From: Lama glama | Lineage: Eukaryota | Assembly: GCA_028534125.1 (NCBI GenBank) | Contig: CM052817.1 | Location: forward strand, 52,082,001 to 52,146,000 | Direction: 5' to 3' | Length of the DNA: 64,000 nucleotides | Notes under the pieces: model-generated | Seen by the model: only the letters and a program-made list of their open reading frames with translations | Database searches by the model: none | What the model was told of the DNA's origin: nothing | In this document: positions 25,813-38,309 of the stretch, in pieces | Numbering within the stretch: the first letter of the stretch is position 1 | How the letters are laid out: every line of letters begins with the position of its first letter | Position numbers and translations under genes: made by a program

Positions 25813-28494
25813 TCTAAAACCTTAGTGAACACCTGACATTAATCTGATCTTGGCACTGCCTTGAATTTGCTTATTTGTTTGCTAGGTGTTTATTTTGATG
25901 TTAAAATCAAGAAAATCCAACAAACATAGTGTTTATGTTGGCAAGAATATCCAGAAACTATAAGAAACTTGGACAATTGTTGAAAACGAATAGCTATAAG
26001 AATTTTCTTAAAATATAAAAGCTTATGCATTGAGGAGGAATTCGATGTGTAACTTTATCAGTAGAAACATGAAGAGTATTGCCAAAAATAACTAAAATGT
26101 GTATCTTACAAAGTATAGTAAATTGCAACCCTATTTCAAAAGCAAAAGCCATTTTGATGTATGTGCATTGGGCTACTGTTGCTACCTGCCATATCAAATT
26201 GCCTGCAATGATGCTAGCACGCAATTGCTGATTTATCACCACTGTCAGCAGCACGTAACACTCAATCTCCAATGAGGTGGCACTACTCTAACCTTGCCTG
26301 TTGTTAATTTAGACTTTCTCCTTTCCTTTCTATTTTGTTAATTCAAACCATGCCTAGATGGGTTGTCATAGCATGTATTTGCCCTCCACTGTCACATAAT
26401 AGTTCTAGCTCATCCAAACAGCTTACATCTCTTTCAGGATTCTCAGCTCCCACTTGTATGATGTACTGGTGACCTTAGTTTCATTGGTATTCTGTAAATG
26501 TCAGAGATATGCTTGCCTCAGCTGCCTGGGCCCTGGTGAGCAGGTGGAAAAATGACCAGTTGAAAATGAGTTGTTAAGACCACTACAGTGAAAAGATTGA
26601 TGCAATTAATTTTTCATTATGCACAGTGTCTGCAGATTCTAATCAGTGTGGATTGTTCCTCCTTTGAGGCACAAATAAAATGCAAATGGCTTTGGAATGA
26701 AAGGGAGCATACTTTATGGTATAGACTTTCCAAAGCTGTAAAATGACTCAGAACTAATCTGTGGTGTTAGAAATATTTTATGAATTAGGCCCTGGCAGAC
26801 TAATGTAAGTTCTGTCTGGGAAATCCAAGCTGTAGCAACTGCAGGAAGCAGCTTGAGAGGTAGATTTCAAGGGCACAGACAATGAATAAACCTTGAGGTA
26901 GACTTTACTGGACTGAAAATCGTGTAGGTTGGGGCAGGGAATTTTTATTTACAAAACTAATTATGTCCATTAATATGGTATAAATAATCTAAAAATCAAT
27001 CATTATATGTATAGACTTATTTTCATAATCCATGCAAATAACTTGCAAAAACAAATATATATTTAGAGTTTTCTTTAGTCTCATGATGATTTTTTTCCCT
27101 TTGTTATATCATCTACTAAAATTTACTGCAGTGGATATGCAACCATACGTCATAAATTATCATGGACAGTCCAAACTTAAAAATGTAAACATACTTACAA
27201 TTCCATATATCCCATTTTCTCTTAAAATAAAATCACTTGAATTATGAGATCAATGACTGATAATCTTTTATTGCTTATTGTTATTTGTTACTGGTTATTG
27301 TTATCGTTTATTGTTAGTGACAATTCAACTGTGTTTTCACTTGTTTCAGTGAATTTTACTACCTTTAAGTTATATATTGATGCTATCTAAATGAGATATG
27401 TCCTCTTGTTTGGTTTAAAATTGCTACGAAAAAATGTAGAGATATAATTTAAAAATTGATCTTGAAAAAATATTATAAGTATGGACAACAGAAAAGGAGC
27501 GTGCTCTTTCATCTTCTGGTGCTATGTCACACGTCACACGTGTTCTGGAATTGAAACATGTTCCTTTTTAAGGCTATTCAGTGCATACAACAGAACCGTT
27601 TGGATCTTTTTTCTACGATATGTAATGAGGAATTAAATAGGCCGCTAGTGAAGCTGTCTTTTGAAATGTGGTCTAAATTGGAGATCATATTCTTATATGA
27701 ATTCTAAAAAGCTTTTTACAACATTATTTTGTGACATGATTTAGGAACAAGGAGTCGGAGTTGCCACTTCTACAATGAAGTACTTCCTAATATGAGAAAC
27801 TGGAAAAACTGTACTTACACATTTCTTGAACAGAAAATATACTATTTATAATCATGCTTCAAAATGCTTTCTTACAAAATTGACTTACCTTAGGAGACAG
27901 CAAATATGCTGATAATTTTAAAGGTTCAATTCTAGAAGGAATATATTTTTTAAAAAATCATGACTAGATGTGAACATTTTAAACCTGTCTCATTCCTCTC
28001 TTTAACATCAATTTAAGAACAAACCTCTATGGGTGCAGAAGAAGAAAAAGCACTCTCCTTTTCTGTTGGCAGAAGTCTGTCATCTCTACTGTTCTTACCA
28101 GAACTTTATTCTAGGCATTACCAGTTTTACCTAAAGACTCCCCTAAAATTCCCAAGTAGAGAATGTCTTTCTTTTCTTTTCTTCTTTTTCCCTTCCCATT
28201 TCTATTCAATTCTAACTTTATTTGCTCAAGTGAACAAAGCAAAACAACCTAAAGACCAGATACAATAAGTAAAAATCAGTTACAAACTTCTATTCTCTAT
28301 TTATTTATATTAAGAATGTCTTTGGTGGGCACTATGGATACACAGGTAGAATTGGTGAGGACCTCCTGTCTACTTCACATGTTACCTTTTCTAACTACCT
28401 CCTTATCTTCCATACACTAAGTGAACATGGATCAGTAAAATTTCATCCAGCTTCTGAAATTATATATTGCTATTCTAAAACCTGAAAAATTAGT

Positions 28495-29020
28495 CACTAC
28501 ATTTATTAACACTCTACTTACTATATTCTAAACACCATGCCAGGATTCTTATAAGTAAGAAAACATAATATTCCTGTGAGTGAATTCACATTCTTTCCAG
28601 AAAGATGGATATCCATCCAAATAATTATAAAATAGAATTTATATTGTAAAACATAGAAATATACAAAATGTTATGGACACTTAGAGGAGGGAATTTCATT
28701 TCCATGGAGTAGATTCCATTCAAGCAGAAGCTGAGAAAATGGGTAGGCTGAAGAAAGAATTCAGGTAAAAAAAAGATTTTTTGGATAGAGACTATTGATT
28801 GAACCAAGACTCACGTGACCTGAAAATGGTATCACCTGGGAAATAAAATCCAGCAGTACTAATGCGTTTAGATGTTAGAGGTAGGTAGGAAGTGGCAGGC
28901 AATGAGATTAGAGAGGTGATTGTGGCCAAATTGTAAAGTATTTAGATTTTCCTGCTAATAATGCCTTTATATCTTTTTGGTAGGCAAGATGTAAAAACTC
29001 TAATACTGCCAAAAATATTC
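28495..29020 (-). mobile_element. L2 remnant
   Basis: 'catttattaacactctac...' and 'ggcaggcaatgagattagagaggtgattgtggccaaattgtaaag'. Confidence 0.55.
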
Positions 29021-29619
29021 CAGTGATCCCAAAGCAGAAATGGACTTAGTGAAGACCAACAAACTGGGGAGTGCATACCACAACCTGTAGTCATGCAAGT
29101 TTGGAGGATTATTACTGTAAGGTTTTGAATGTGATGCTAACAGATCTCCACTTCTCTGAATAGTTGGAAATTGGATTGCCAATGAGTTCCAACTCAGGAT
29201 TGATACCAAATTTCTTGATTTAAATTTGGTAATGATGAATGCCTTAAGAAATATACCTAACTTTTGTAGGTAATGATAACCTGTGAAAAGTTGTAAACAG
29301 GGAAACAGTGTGACCTCATTTGTGCTTAAAGCAAAACAAATGAAAAATAAATGAATGAATGAATGCATGAATGAAATTGCATCATCTCATTTATGATCTG
29401 AAGAATCATTTGGGAAAAGAACAAGACAGAGATAAGAATTCTAAATAATATTTTGGAAATAGAATTACAATAGGAAATGGAACTAATCAGGGTCATGTTA
29501 GTGAGGTTGAAATGAATATTTTTAGGAATTGTATTTTTCCTACTATTGGCAACACTTGATATAAAGATTGCTTGAAGGGTGAGGTATAGTTCAGATTTGG
29601 TATGCTATAAACCTACATT

Positions 29620-29755
29620 TTAATGCCTATCTTTTAGTTTAGGAAACTGAGAAAGAGAGGTTAAATAATTTTTTCAAGGTAACACATCTGATAAGAAGCA
29701 AAGCCAAGACTGGACCCAGGAAATACGGCTTCAGAGCCTTATATTGTAAATATTA
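29620..29755 (-). mobile_element. MIR SINE
   Basis: 'aggaaactgagaaagagaggttaaataattttttcaaggtaacacatctgataag...ggacccagg...ggcttcagagcc'. Confidence 0.8.
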
Positions 29756-30217
29756 TATTTTAGTGAATCTCAAGCAGTAACACAGTTTAGTTCCCAAGGA
29801 ATAAATAACTCTGCTTCATTTATGCTAAGTGTGAGATAACAGTGAGCCATCTAGGTGAAGATGTCCAGTTAGCACTTAAAAGAACACTTAAGAACAGTTA
29901 AAACTTTTTAAGTCTAGGTGTCAAATGCATGGAAATAAATGTTAGGTATGTATGTTTGCGTGTGTGTATGAAAGATAGAGGGAGAGAAATAATGGCTAAA
30001 CATACTAAGAAAAAAAATCTTCACAAAAAGATAGCTAAAGAATAAAGATCAAATGAAAAAGAATGACTAAAACTATGAAAATTAGAAGAATCAAAAAGAA
30101 AAAAATCCATTGCACAATTTTACAGGAAAGAGATTCAATAAAGGTGATGTCAAACTTGTTAAGCAAAACTGTCTTCAAGAATGAGAACATGGAATCTGAA
30201 AATACAAAGGGGCAGAA

Positions 30218-31398
30218 GACACTACTACTAGCAACTATACACCAATAAAATGGACAGCCTAGAAGAAATAGACAAATTATTAGAAAGCTACAATCTCCCA
30301 AGATTGAACTAGGAATAAATAGAAAATAAAATAGAAAATATGTTCTAGCAAACACTGAGTTAACATCTCTCCTTCTCAAAGTATTCCAAAAAATTGCAGA
30401 GGAAGGAACACTTCTGAACTCATACTATGAGGCTAGCATCACCCTGATACCAAAAGCAGACCAAGATATGACAAAAATTAAAATCATAGGCCAATATCAC
30501 TGATGAACATAGATGCAAAAATCTTCAACAAATACTACTAAACCAAGTCCAACAAACAATACATTAAAAGGATCATGCACTATAAACAAGTGGAATTTAT
30601 TCCAGGGATGCAAGGATTTTTCAGTACCCACAAATTAATGTGATACACCACATTAACAGATTGAGCAATAAAAACCACATGATCATCTCAATAGATGCAG
30701 AAAAAGCTTTTGACCAAATTCGACATCCATTTATGATAAAACCTCTCCAAAAAGTGGGCTTAGAGGGAACAAACCTCAACATAATAAAGGCCATATATGA
30801 CAAACCCACAGCTAACATCATACTCAACCTTGAAAAGCTAAACGTATTAGCGCTAAGGTCAGGAACAAGACAAGGATGCCCATTCTCATCACTTTTATTC
30901 AACATAATTTTGTAAGTCCTAGTCACAGCATTCAGAGAAGAAAACGAAAGAAAAAGAATCAAAATTAGAAAGGAAGAAGTAAAATTGTCACTGTTTGCAG
31001 ATAACATATTATACATAGAAAATCCTAAAGATGCCACTAGAAAACTGCTAGAGCTCATCAATGAATTCATTAAAGCTGCAGGATACAAAATTAATATACA
31101 GAAATCTGTTGCATTTCTATATAGTAATGGAGAACTATCAGAAAGAGAAATTAAGGAAACAATCCCATTTACCATTGCATCAAAAAGAATGAAAAACCTA
31201 GGAATAAGCCACCTAAGGAAGTAAAAAGCCTATACTCAGAAAACCATAGACACTGAGGAAAAACTGAGGATAACACAAACAGATGGAAAGATACACCGTG
31301 TTCTTGGATTGGAAAAATCAAATATTCTTAAAATGACTGTACTACCCAAGGCAATCTACAGATTCAATGCAATTCCTACCAAAGTATCAGTGGCCTTT
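30218..31398 (+). mobile_element. L1 ORF2 fragment covering the reverse transcriptase domain (non-functional)
   Basis: ORFs 30640-30915 ([13 protein letters not shown]...[10 protein letters not shown]) and 30985-31224 (SLFADNILYIENPK) are clear L1 RT motifs. Stops present, FADD degraded to FADN, no 3' UTR or poly(A). Confidence 0.96.
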
Positions 31399-32539
31399 TT
31401 ATTTGTGAAATAAAACTTGTACATGTTTCAGAAAATCATATCACTGGTAGCAATGCTGCTTGCCTGTGTTGTTTGATCTGATGATATAATAAAACTTATT
31501 CAAAAGTTTATTTGTAGGTGTTCAATCATTGGAGATGATCATACATAAGAAACTATATAGATAACTATCTACTTCATTACATCTTTTGATGTTGACATAC
31601 TTGAGTATTTATAATACAAAACTATACATATATAATAAACCATTTTTATTAGGATATTATATTGGTTATTTTGATTATGTCTGAGGGTTGACTTTATTAT
31701 CTATGACTTTTAAATTTCAGAACAGAGAATTGAACATTACAATATGCTTGTTGTAAAAATACTGGTTCAAGGAGAAAAATAAACACTATTAATGTAGTCT
31801 CTTAATGAAGACCTTGTTCATATACTTTACAATAAATGATGGTAGCATTGAATCATCATATTTAGATTCCTTTGGATACATTTAAAAGAGAGATGCTAAA
31901 TTTCTATTTGAGAGTGTCAGTATATACAATATGCTAAACACAACAATCTTTGCAATTAGAAGCAGAGTTTACTGCGGAGCTAATGAGGTTTTTTTTAAGC
32001 CTGAGAAAAACTCTAATAGTGTGTTTATAAGGCCACATGTTCTTATTAAATTTTCAAAAACAAGTTACTTTAACTGCAATCGGTTAAAACCTCTGTCACA
32101 TTCCAATTGGTCTTACCCTCCATCATATTTCTTCTGTATGTTTTTAAAGTGGCCTTGGGAATTTTGTGATCCAAAGGGTAAATTGAGTTGGTGATACATT
32201 TAGTTTGGGCTTAGTGAGAAAAATGTATACAATTTAAACTCACTTTGTGTAGGGCTATTATTGCTAGCTGCTCTAGAGTAAAAATGGTTTCTGTGTATAT
32301 TCTTACCACTCACTGTGACAGCCTATCATTATCCTCACAAGACCAGAGGTCATATTGTGGTATCAGCATGTGCAGTGGCATCTAGCACTTGAAATACGTG
32401 GATAATGGGGGAGAAACAAGGTTTGAGAAGAGCTGGAAGCTGGTTTGAGGACAATTCCTCTAGTAATTAGACATATACAATTGCTAGAAGAGGATTCTCA
32501 TTAATATCTATTTTAAACAGAAATTCCTTCCTCAGAAAT

Positions 32540-33075
32540 ATACTTAATAATTTTTGATAATAAGAAATACACTATAACATCTTTATTTGTTTTCATTGGA
32601 ATTGCACAAAATAGAAATTATGGAATTTTAAGATGTATAGGATAAAATCTGTGCATTACTACAAATAGTAAGTATATGTCTTTGTAAAGTCACATGCATT
32701 ATATATCACAACCAAAATATTAGAAAATAAATCCCAACCAACCATATTAAAAGAGAATTGATTGTCTTTCTTCTCTCTGTAGAAAGTATAACAAAATCAT
32801 TGTCATATGAAGACATGATCAAAAAGTATGCTGCCAACAACATTGGGAATAAAAGTATTATAGATGACTATAGGGAAGTAAATTAATAAAAATGTGTTGC
32901 TTTCCTGGATATTCTGGTATTTATGTTACTTGTTGGTTTTTTAAATGTGTAATTTGTTAGGATTTCTTTCTCATTCTTTGCAAATATTTTTATATCATTT
33001 TGCATTCATGATTTTGTATTTTTTTCTTAAAGAGAGTTCACAAAGTTATATAAATTCTGTGCCCTGCAACATGGA
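32540..33075 (+). mobile_element. hAT-Tip100 DNA transposon remnant (Zaphod/MER115-like) with transposase C-terminus
   Basis: 'ataacaaaatcattgtcatatgaagacatgatcaaaaagtatgctgcc' translates ITKSLSYEDMIKKYAA (hAT C-terminal region), followed by 'attttgtatttttttcttaaagag'. Confidence 0.65.
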
Positions 33076-34202
33076 ATGAACTTCCATTTGCAACTATTTA
33101 AACATAAAGATATATATATATATATGTACACTGTGTACCTACTTGCCCAGTAGTTTTAGAAAATAATTCTGAACCGTATAGAAGAAAAACTAATTTCAGG
33201 CTCTTGTTACAAGATAAACATGCATGTGAGTGAGGGTAACCGCTTCCCAATGCCTCCTTAATTCCTAAAGCAAGCAAGCCTATACTACAGATGTAGCCCA
33301 GGTAGAAGAACAACCACACCAGGGCAAAGAGTCCCGCAGCCTTAGTAACCTGCTTGGAGTGTCATTAGTTTGCGCAGGAGCGACATCAGCACACAATGCT
33401 CTATGTCCTACCCTCCCTCTGTAAAAGACTGTACCACAGTTACATAACTCCCTGCTCTACTTCATCTGCAACATTGCCCTTACATCATAGCTGATGCTTT
33501 ATTAAAAAAAAATCTGAAGCTGAATATTGACTATTTTAACCTGATTTTTCATTATTATTATTTTAAAGATAATCAATTGAGATTACTCATGACTGTTTTA
33601 CTCTGTGGCTATCCATATAAGTTTATAACATGATAAACTATACACAATCATATTTTATTCAGATTTTACTTTGAAAGAACATTTATACTAATTAAAGTAT
33701 ACATCAATAAAAAATTCAGATGAATATGGAAATTTGTGTGGTCTTAAAAAATCAGTAAAATTACAGTCGTTATAGTAAGATGAAACAGTCACTTGAAATT
33801 AACATGAAATTATCTCATCTTAAACTCCAAGTTAACATGACATACAGTAAAAGGCGAATTTTAAGAGAAGGAAAACTGAGAGGTTCACAAGTAAATCACA
33901 GCAGTAGTCAGGAACCGTACCGTACTTAATGGTGTGAAAATGAGAAAATGAGATCGTCACACATCCTGGGGACACAGAGTCACACGATGTAAAAGTCTCT
34001 GGTCTGAGCCAGTAAGAAGTTTCTGTCCTTTATCACTGCATAATACTCTGTTTTGAGGCCAGTTCAGAAAGCTTTTATTTGCGCATTAGGCCTTTAGTCT
34101 CTAAATTCCCACCCCTCTTGTTGGCTATAAATTAGTTTGGACTTTTAGAGATTATTTTGCCCACAGGTTTTCTATTTTGGATTTTTCATTTTTGTGTTTT
34201 CA

Positions 34203-34330
34203 AATGGGAAAGAATCTAAAATTATATACACACACACACATATATATATAAAACTGAATCACTTTGCTGTAAACCTGAAACATTGTAAATCAACTATACC
34301 TCAATTAAAAAATTAAAATTAGAAAAATAG
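34203..34330 (+). mobile_element. Short L1 3' end (artiodactyl-type)
   Basis: 'actgaatcactttgctgtaaacctgaaacattgtaaatcaactatacctcaattaaaaa'. Confidence 0.85.
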
Positions 34331-35378
34331 AAAAAAGTAAATTAAAATTGGTATTTATTATTAATGCTTTTTTTTCAAAGTTCTGACAGAATGAGTCATG
34401 CAGTGTCTAAAATGTGTCTTTAGACAAATGAATAAACAAACAAAAGATGTATTCTAACATCCCTTATGTATTTTAACAAATTACCCTTCAAAATGGGGAA
34501 CTTTTATACAACTAATAAATGCCTTTAGAACTACTGATTCCTTTATTAGCAGTCATACAAAAACATTTTCAAATGATCTCTGACCATGATAATAATGAAG
34601 GTTCTGCTACAATGAATATTAATAGCATTTATTATGAGCAGCAAGCTTTAATACATCAGAAGAAATACTCTTCTATTTGACACTTTTTGGAACTATTTTG
34701 ATAAAGAGCTAGAAAGTAGATTTCAGTGACAATTCTACACCAGCCCTCAGGGTTTGACCTAATAGGTATTATGAAATCACTATTCCTATGATTGATTGAT
34801 TAATTTTCCTCATGTAAAATGTTACTATTCTATTTTCCTTGCTTTATTTGCCTTATCTCTTTTGAGAAATCACAGGGTATGTTAGAAAGAAATGAAAGCA
34901 ATCAGACATCAAAATTATATTCTTTGTTATTCATCATGACCAAATAATTCACAGTGTTCTGAATCCACTACTAATATTCCAACACTCGAAGAGATTTAAT
35001 CATAAGGTTTTGCATATTAAATATATGCATGTATATGAATGTATATAGCAGATTTGATTCAACTGAATGCATTGTAGTGCTCATGTTGGCATATAATACC
35101 TAAGCTAGCAGTTAATCAGGAAAGAAAGATGGGATTGTTACAGAAAATTTTGTAGAAGTTTATCAGAATCTTGCCATATTTTCATGCATCGGGTTAGCAG
35201 TAAGCTCTTGAAGTTTATTCAAAAATAAGCACTTTTGATCATTTTTCTACATGTAAAAATTTGCACAGTATTTGTGCAAATTTAGACTCTATGGATTTTA
35301 AGAAGTTAGTTGACTGTGTGCCTCAATGAAATCAGCCATCAAACTATCAGATCTTTACTCTCTGCCCTGAAGACTCAC

Positions 35379-35460
35379 CTTGTCTGGTGGGTCCCATCCC
35401 TGAGGTCCAGCTAGAATTGCTAAATGGGGAACATGTGACAGTGATGAGTAAAATAGGCAA
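35379..35460 (-). other. Candidate 82-nt internal exon of an unidentified (possibly non-coding) transcript
   Basis: Minus-strand acceptor 'cctttcctctttcacag|' and donor 'AAG|gtgagt', both near consensus, in unique sequence. Confidence 0.35.
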
Positions 35461-36637
35461 CTGTGAAAGAGGAAAGGTAGCCTCAGATATTCAGTTATTC
35501 TGTGTTATATTTTAGAAGTAAATATTCCACACTTTACATTAAATTATATATCAAATATTCTGATAATGAGATTATAGCTATGAACATTTTATGTATGGTG
35601 CAATTAGTAGATTTTCCTAAAGATGCTGCCATTATGATGTTTTCCCCAAAATGATCTACTTATTTGCAGAAGTACAGAGTGTACACTTTCTGCAAAGGCA
35701 TCTATTTTTATAAAGTAATTTGAAGCACAAATTTATATCAGCTATTTCAGTCCATTGCTATTATATACATTTATATATATATTTCTCTGTTATTTGTCAG
35801 AGAACAAATCACAATTTCTACACTATCAATATCTTATTTATGTTTTTCCCACTTACAGAATAATATTTTATCCAAAAAGATGCTCTACTATTCCTAGAAA
35901 ATATTTAAGTTTAGGGTAGAAACTCTTTCATCACTCCTTGGTTTTCCACTATCATTTTTCTCTGTTTATAGCCAGTTATTTTTATTTCATTAAGAGTAAC
36001 AAATATAAGACCAAGTTGCAAAAACAACACTTCAGAAAATAGAAGTAATCTTTTTCTAGGAAGTCATTAGTTTCCATGTATCATTTGTCAATGTGAGGCA
36101 CCATTAGCATAGTCTTATAAGCTTTCCTCTAGGGGGAAAATAATCCTTGGCTTATTTAATTTTGTACATTCTACTGCAATGAACAAAATTCATACTAATT
36201 CAATAGAGGTGCCACGTATAAATACCTTATGAGAATTTAAATTATTTTCTTGCTTGTGGATATTCCCTTATACCAATAAAATTAAGCCTAAAATTATTTT
36301 GCTTATATGGATTTATTTCAGGAAACTTGGACAATGTTGGCGGGTATACAGTAAAATTTTGCATATTGCAATTGTTTGTCAATGAAAGATTTGACATATT
36401 GTTGATAAAATATATTTTGGGTTTTTATGCTTTACAAATCTTCTAACATGGAAACCATGAGATACTTAATTATGAGATGGTAATTGGAATTCTGAGCAAA
36501 TATACTAACTCCTCCTTTTTAGCTAAGTGCTATTAAACATTTATTTAAGTATTCTTAAGCCTAGTTTCCTCATTAGTATAATATAAAAAAATATAATGTA
36601 TATAAAAATTCCTAGTGTATTAGGGTCAATGATATTA

Positions 36638-36762
36638 AATGTATATACACACAATTATATATATAATTATATATACACACATGTGTATGTATTATACAAA
36701 TAAAAAAAGAAAACAAAATTATATATGTACATATATACACACTTACACCCCAACACACATAC
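36638..36762. repeat. TA/CA-rich low-complexity tract
   Basis: Visible directly in the sequence. Confidence 0.75.
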
Positions 36763-37344
36763 TTTAACAACAGACCCTTGCCACCCACTACTAAATGATA
36801 CATATGTTTTCTTTATAAATTCTGTCCATATATTATGTTTTGAGGTAATAAAGAAAATAGCTCTACTGTGGAAATTCTTATTTAAAATCTTGAGAAAAAT
36901 ATCTATAACAGCATTTGACTGTAACTGTCCAGAGTTTGATCCATTAGAAGGGTCTGTTGAAATCCTGAGCCTGTTCTCCTGTTGCTTGGAGGAGATGCTA
37001 AAGGATCTCAGTGTTTGACCTAAAGGGTTGACTCTTCCTCCTCATGAGTTTCTCTAAAGCAAAATAGCCTCAACCACCTGCCACTTAAATTAGAACATAT
37101 TAAAAGGACACATACTCAGTCTAAAACATGATCCTCTCAATCCTGTAAGGTGGGCTAGAGCCCAGCTGTAGGAGCAGGAGATTGCAGCAGGCTCCTCCCC
37201 AGCAACTCCTTTGCACCCCGTGGCACACGCCTACTTCAAAAGTGCACCTGTGGACAGGAGCTGAGAGGCCCGTGCTCTTCTGAGAAAGCCACCTATCTGC
37301 CTATTTATTGTCTCTTACTTTACAATTCTTTCATATAATCCTTT

Positions 37345-37460
37345 TTTTTATTTATGCAAACAAAATATCCTTATTGGAGACCTGCTGTGTGCTTGGCAAT
37401 ATGCTCAGTTCCAAGGAATTAAAAGTTCTTACTCTCATGGATTATTTTGGATCATGAAAG
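37345..37460 (-). mobile_element. L2 3' fragment
   Basis: 'ttattggagacctgctgtgtgcttggcaatatgct'. Confidence 0.6.
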
Positions 37461-37859
37461 AGAACAAATCGATCTTGAACAGGTAGATGAATGGAACTCC
37501 ATGACAGAAACCAATTAAAGCCTGAGACAGTAACATTGGAGGGAAGAGAGATGCTGAGACAGATGTGGATGGGTGCAATTAGATATTTTTGACCTTTCAT
37601 TTTTTCTGCACAACTGAAAGTTTTCAACTCAAAGAGGCTTAGTCGTACACTATCATTGGTCAGTTCAAGTATGAGCCAGAATTGTTTTACCCTGTGGGAA
37701 CAGGTGCAGAGAATGGTGTCTCTCCAGCTGTTGGCTGGGCTTCAGGGAAAGTCTGAGATGGTCTGTAGCTGAGCCTCTTGAATTGATGAGAACAAATGAC
37801 GTGGGGGATGAGGGGTTGCATACGAAGGAGTCTTGATTGTCAAAGAAGACAAATCTTAG

Positions 37860-38025
37860 GCAGTGGTTCTCATTGTTGGCTGCATATTAGAATCACCTGA
37901 TTTTTTTTTAAATCCCAGAACATAGCACAGAAAAATTATGTGAGGATCTCTTGTGGTGGAGCCCAGGATTCACTATTTTTACAAGCTATTCAGATATTGA
38001 ATGGAGACAAGACTGAGAACCATAG
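37860..38025. mobile_element. MER5-family MITE
   Basis: 'cagtggttctcattgttggctgcatattagaatcacctg' to 'tgagaaccatag', with terminal inverted repeats. Confidence 0.85.
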
Positions 38026-38200
38026 GATGAGGGAACACTTCTCTTAACTACTTTATCTATTTTTTTTTGTTAAGGAATCTGCCTAATATTTCTTCTAACA
38101 GAAAATTGGTGGATCTCCCTCCCACCCATAAAAAATTTCTCCACTTACTCAGATAGAAGGTGGGTTGGACATCAGGCCTTAATAATGTTAAACAACAAAC

Positions 38201-38224
38201 GTGTGTGTGTGTGTGTGTGTGTGT
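38201..38224. repeat. (GT)12 microsatellite
   Basis: Visible directly in the sequence. Confidence 0.95.
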
Positions 38225-38231
38225 ACAAGGG

Positions 38232-38309
38232 ACTCCCAGCAGTGTACAAGGGTTCCCTTTTCTCCACATCCTCACCAGCATTTGTTATTTGTGTTCTTTT
38301 TGATGATAG
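38232..38309 (-). mobile_element. Short internal L1 fragment (ORF2 C-terminal region)
   Basis: 'cagcagtgtacaagggttcccttttctccacatcctcaccagcatttgttatttgtg'. ORF 38057-38281 begins with L1-type MLVRMWRKGNPCTL. Confidence 0.88.

Noticed and set aside
29000..29368. 122-aa ORF and the other 60-120 aa ORFs in the track
   Set aside because: They start in or overlap repeats or low-complexity DNA (here the (TTCA)n L2-type tail), show no recognisable domains, and are of chance length.
30621..31175. Longest ORF (184 aa, minus strand, hydrophobic)
   Set aside because: It is the antisense frame of the L1 RT fragment, a common artefact, not a membrane protein gene.
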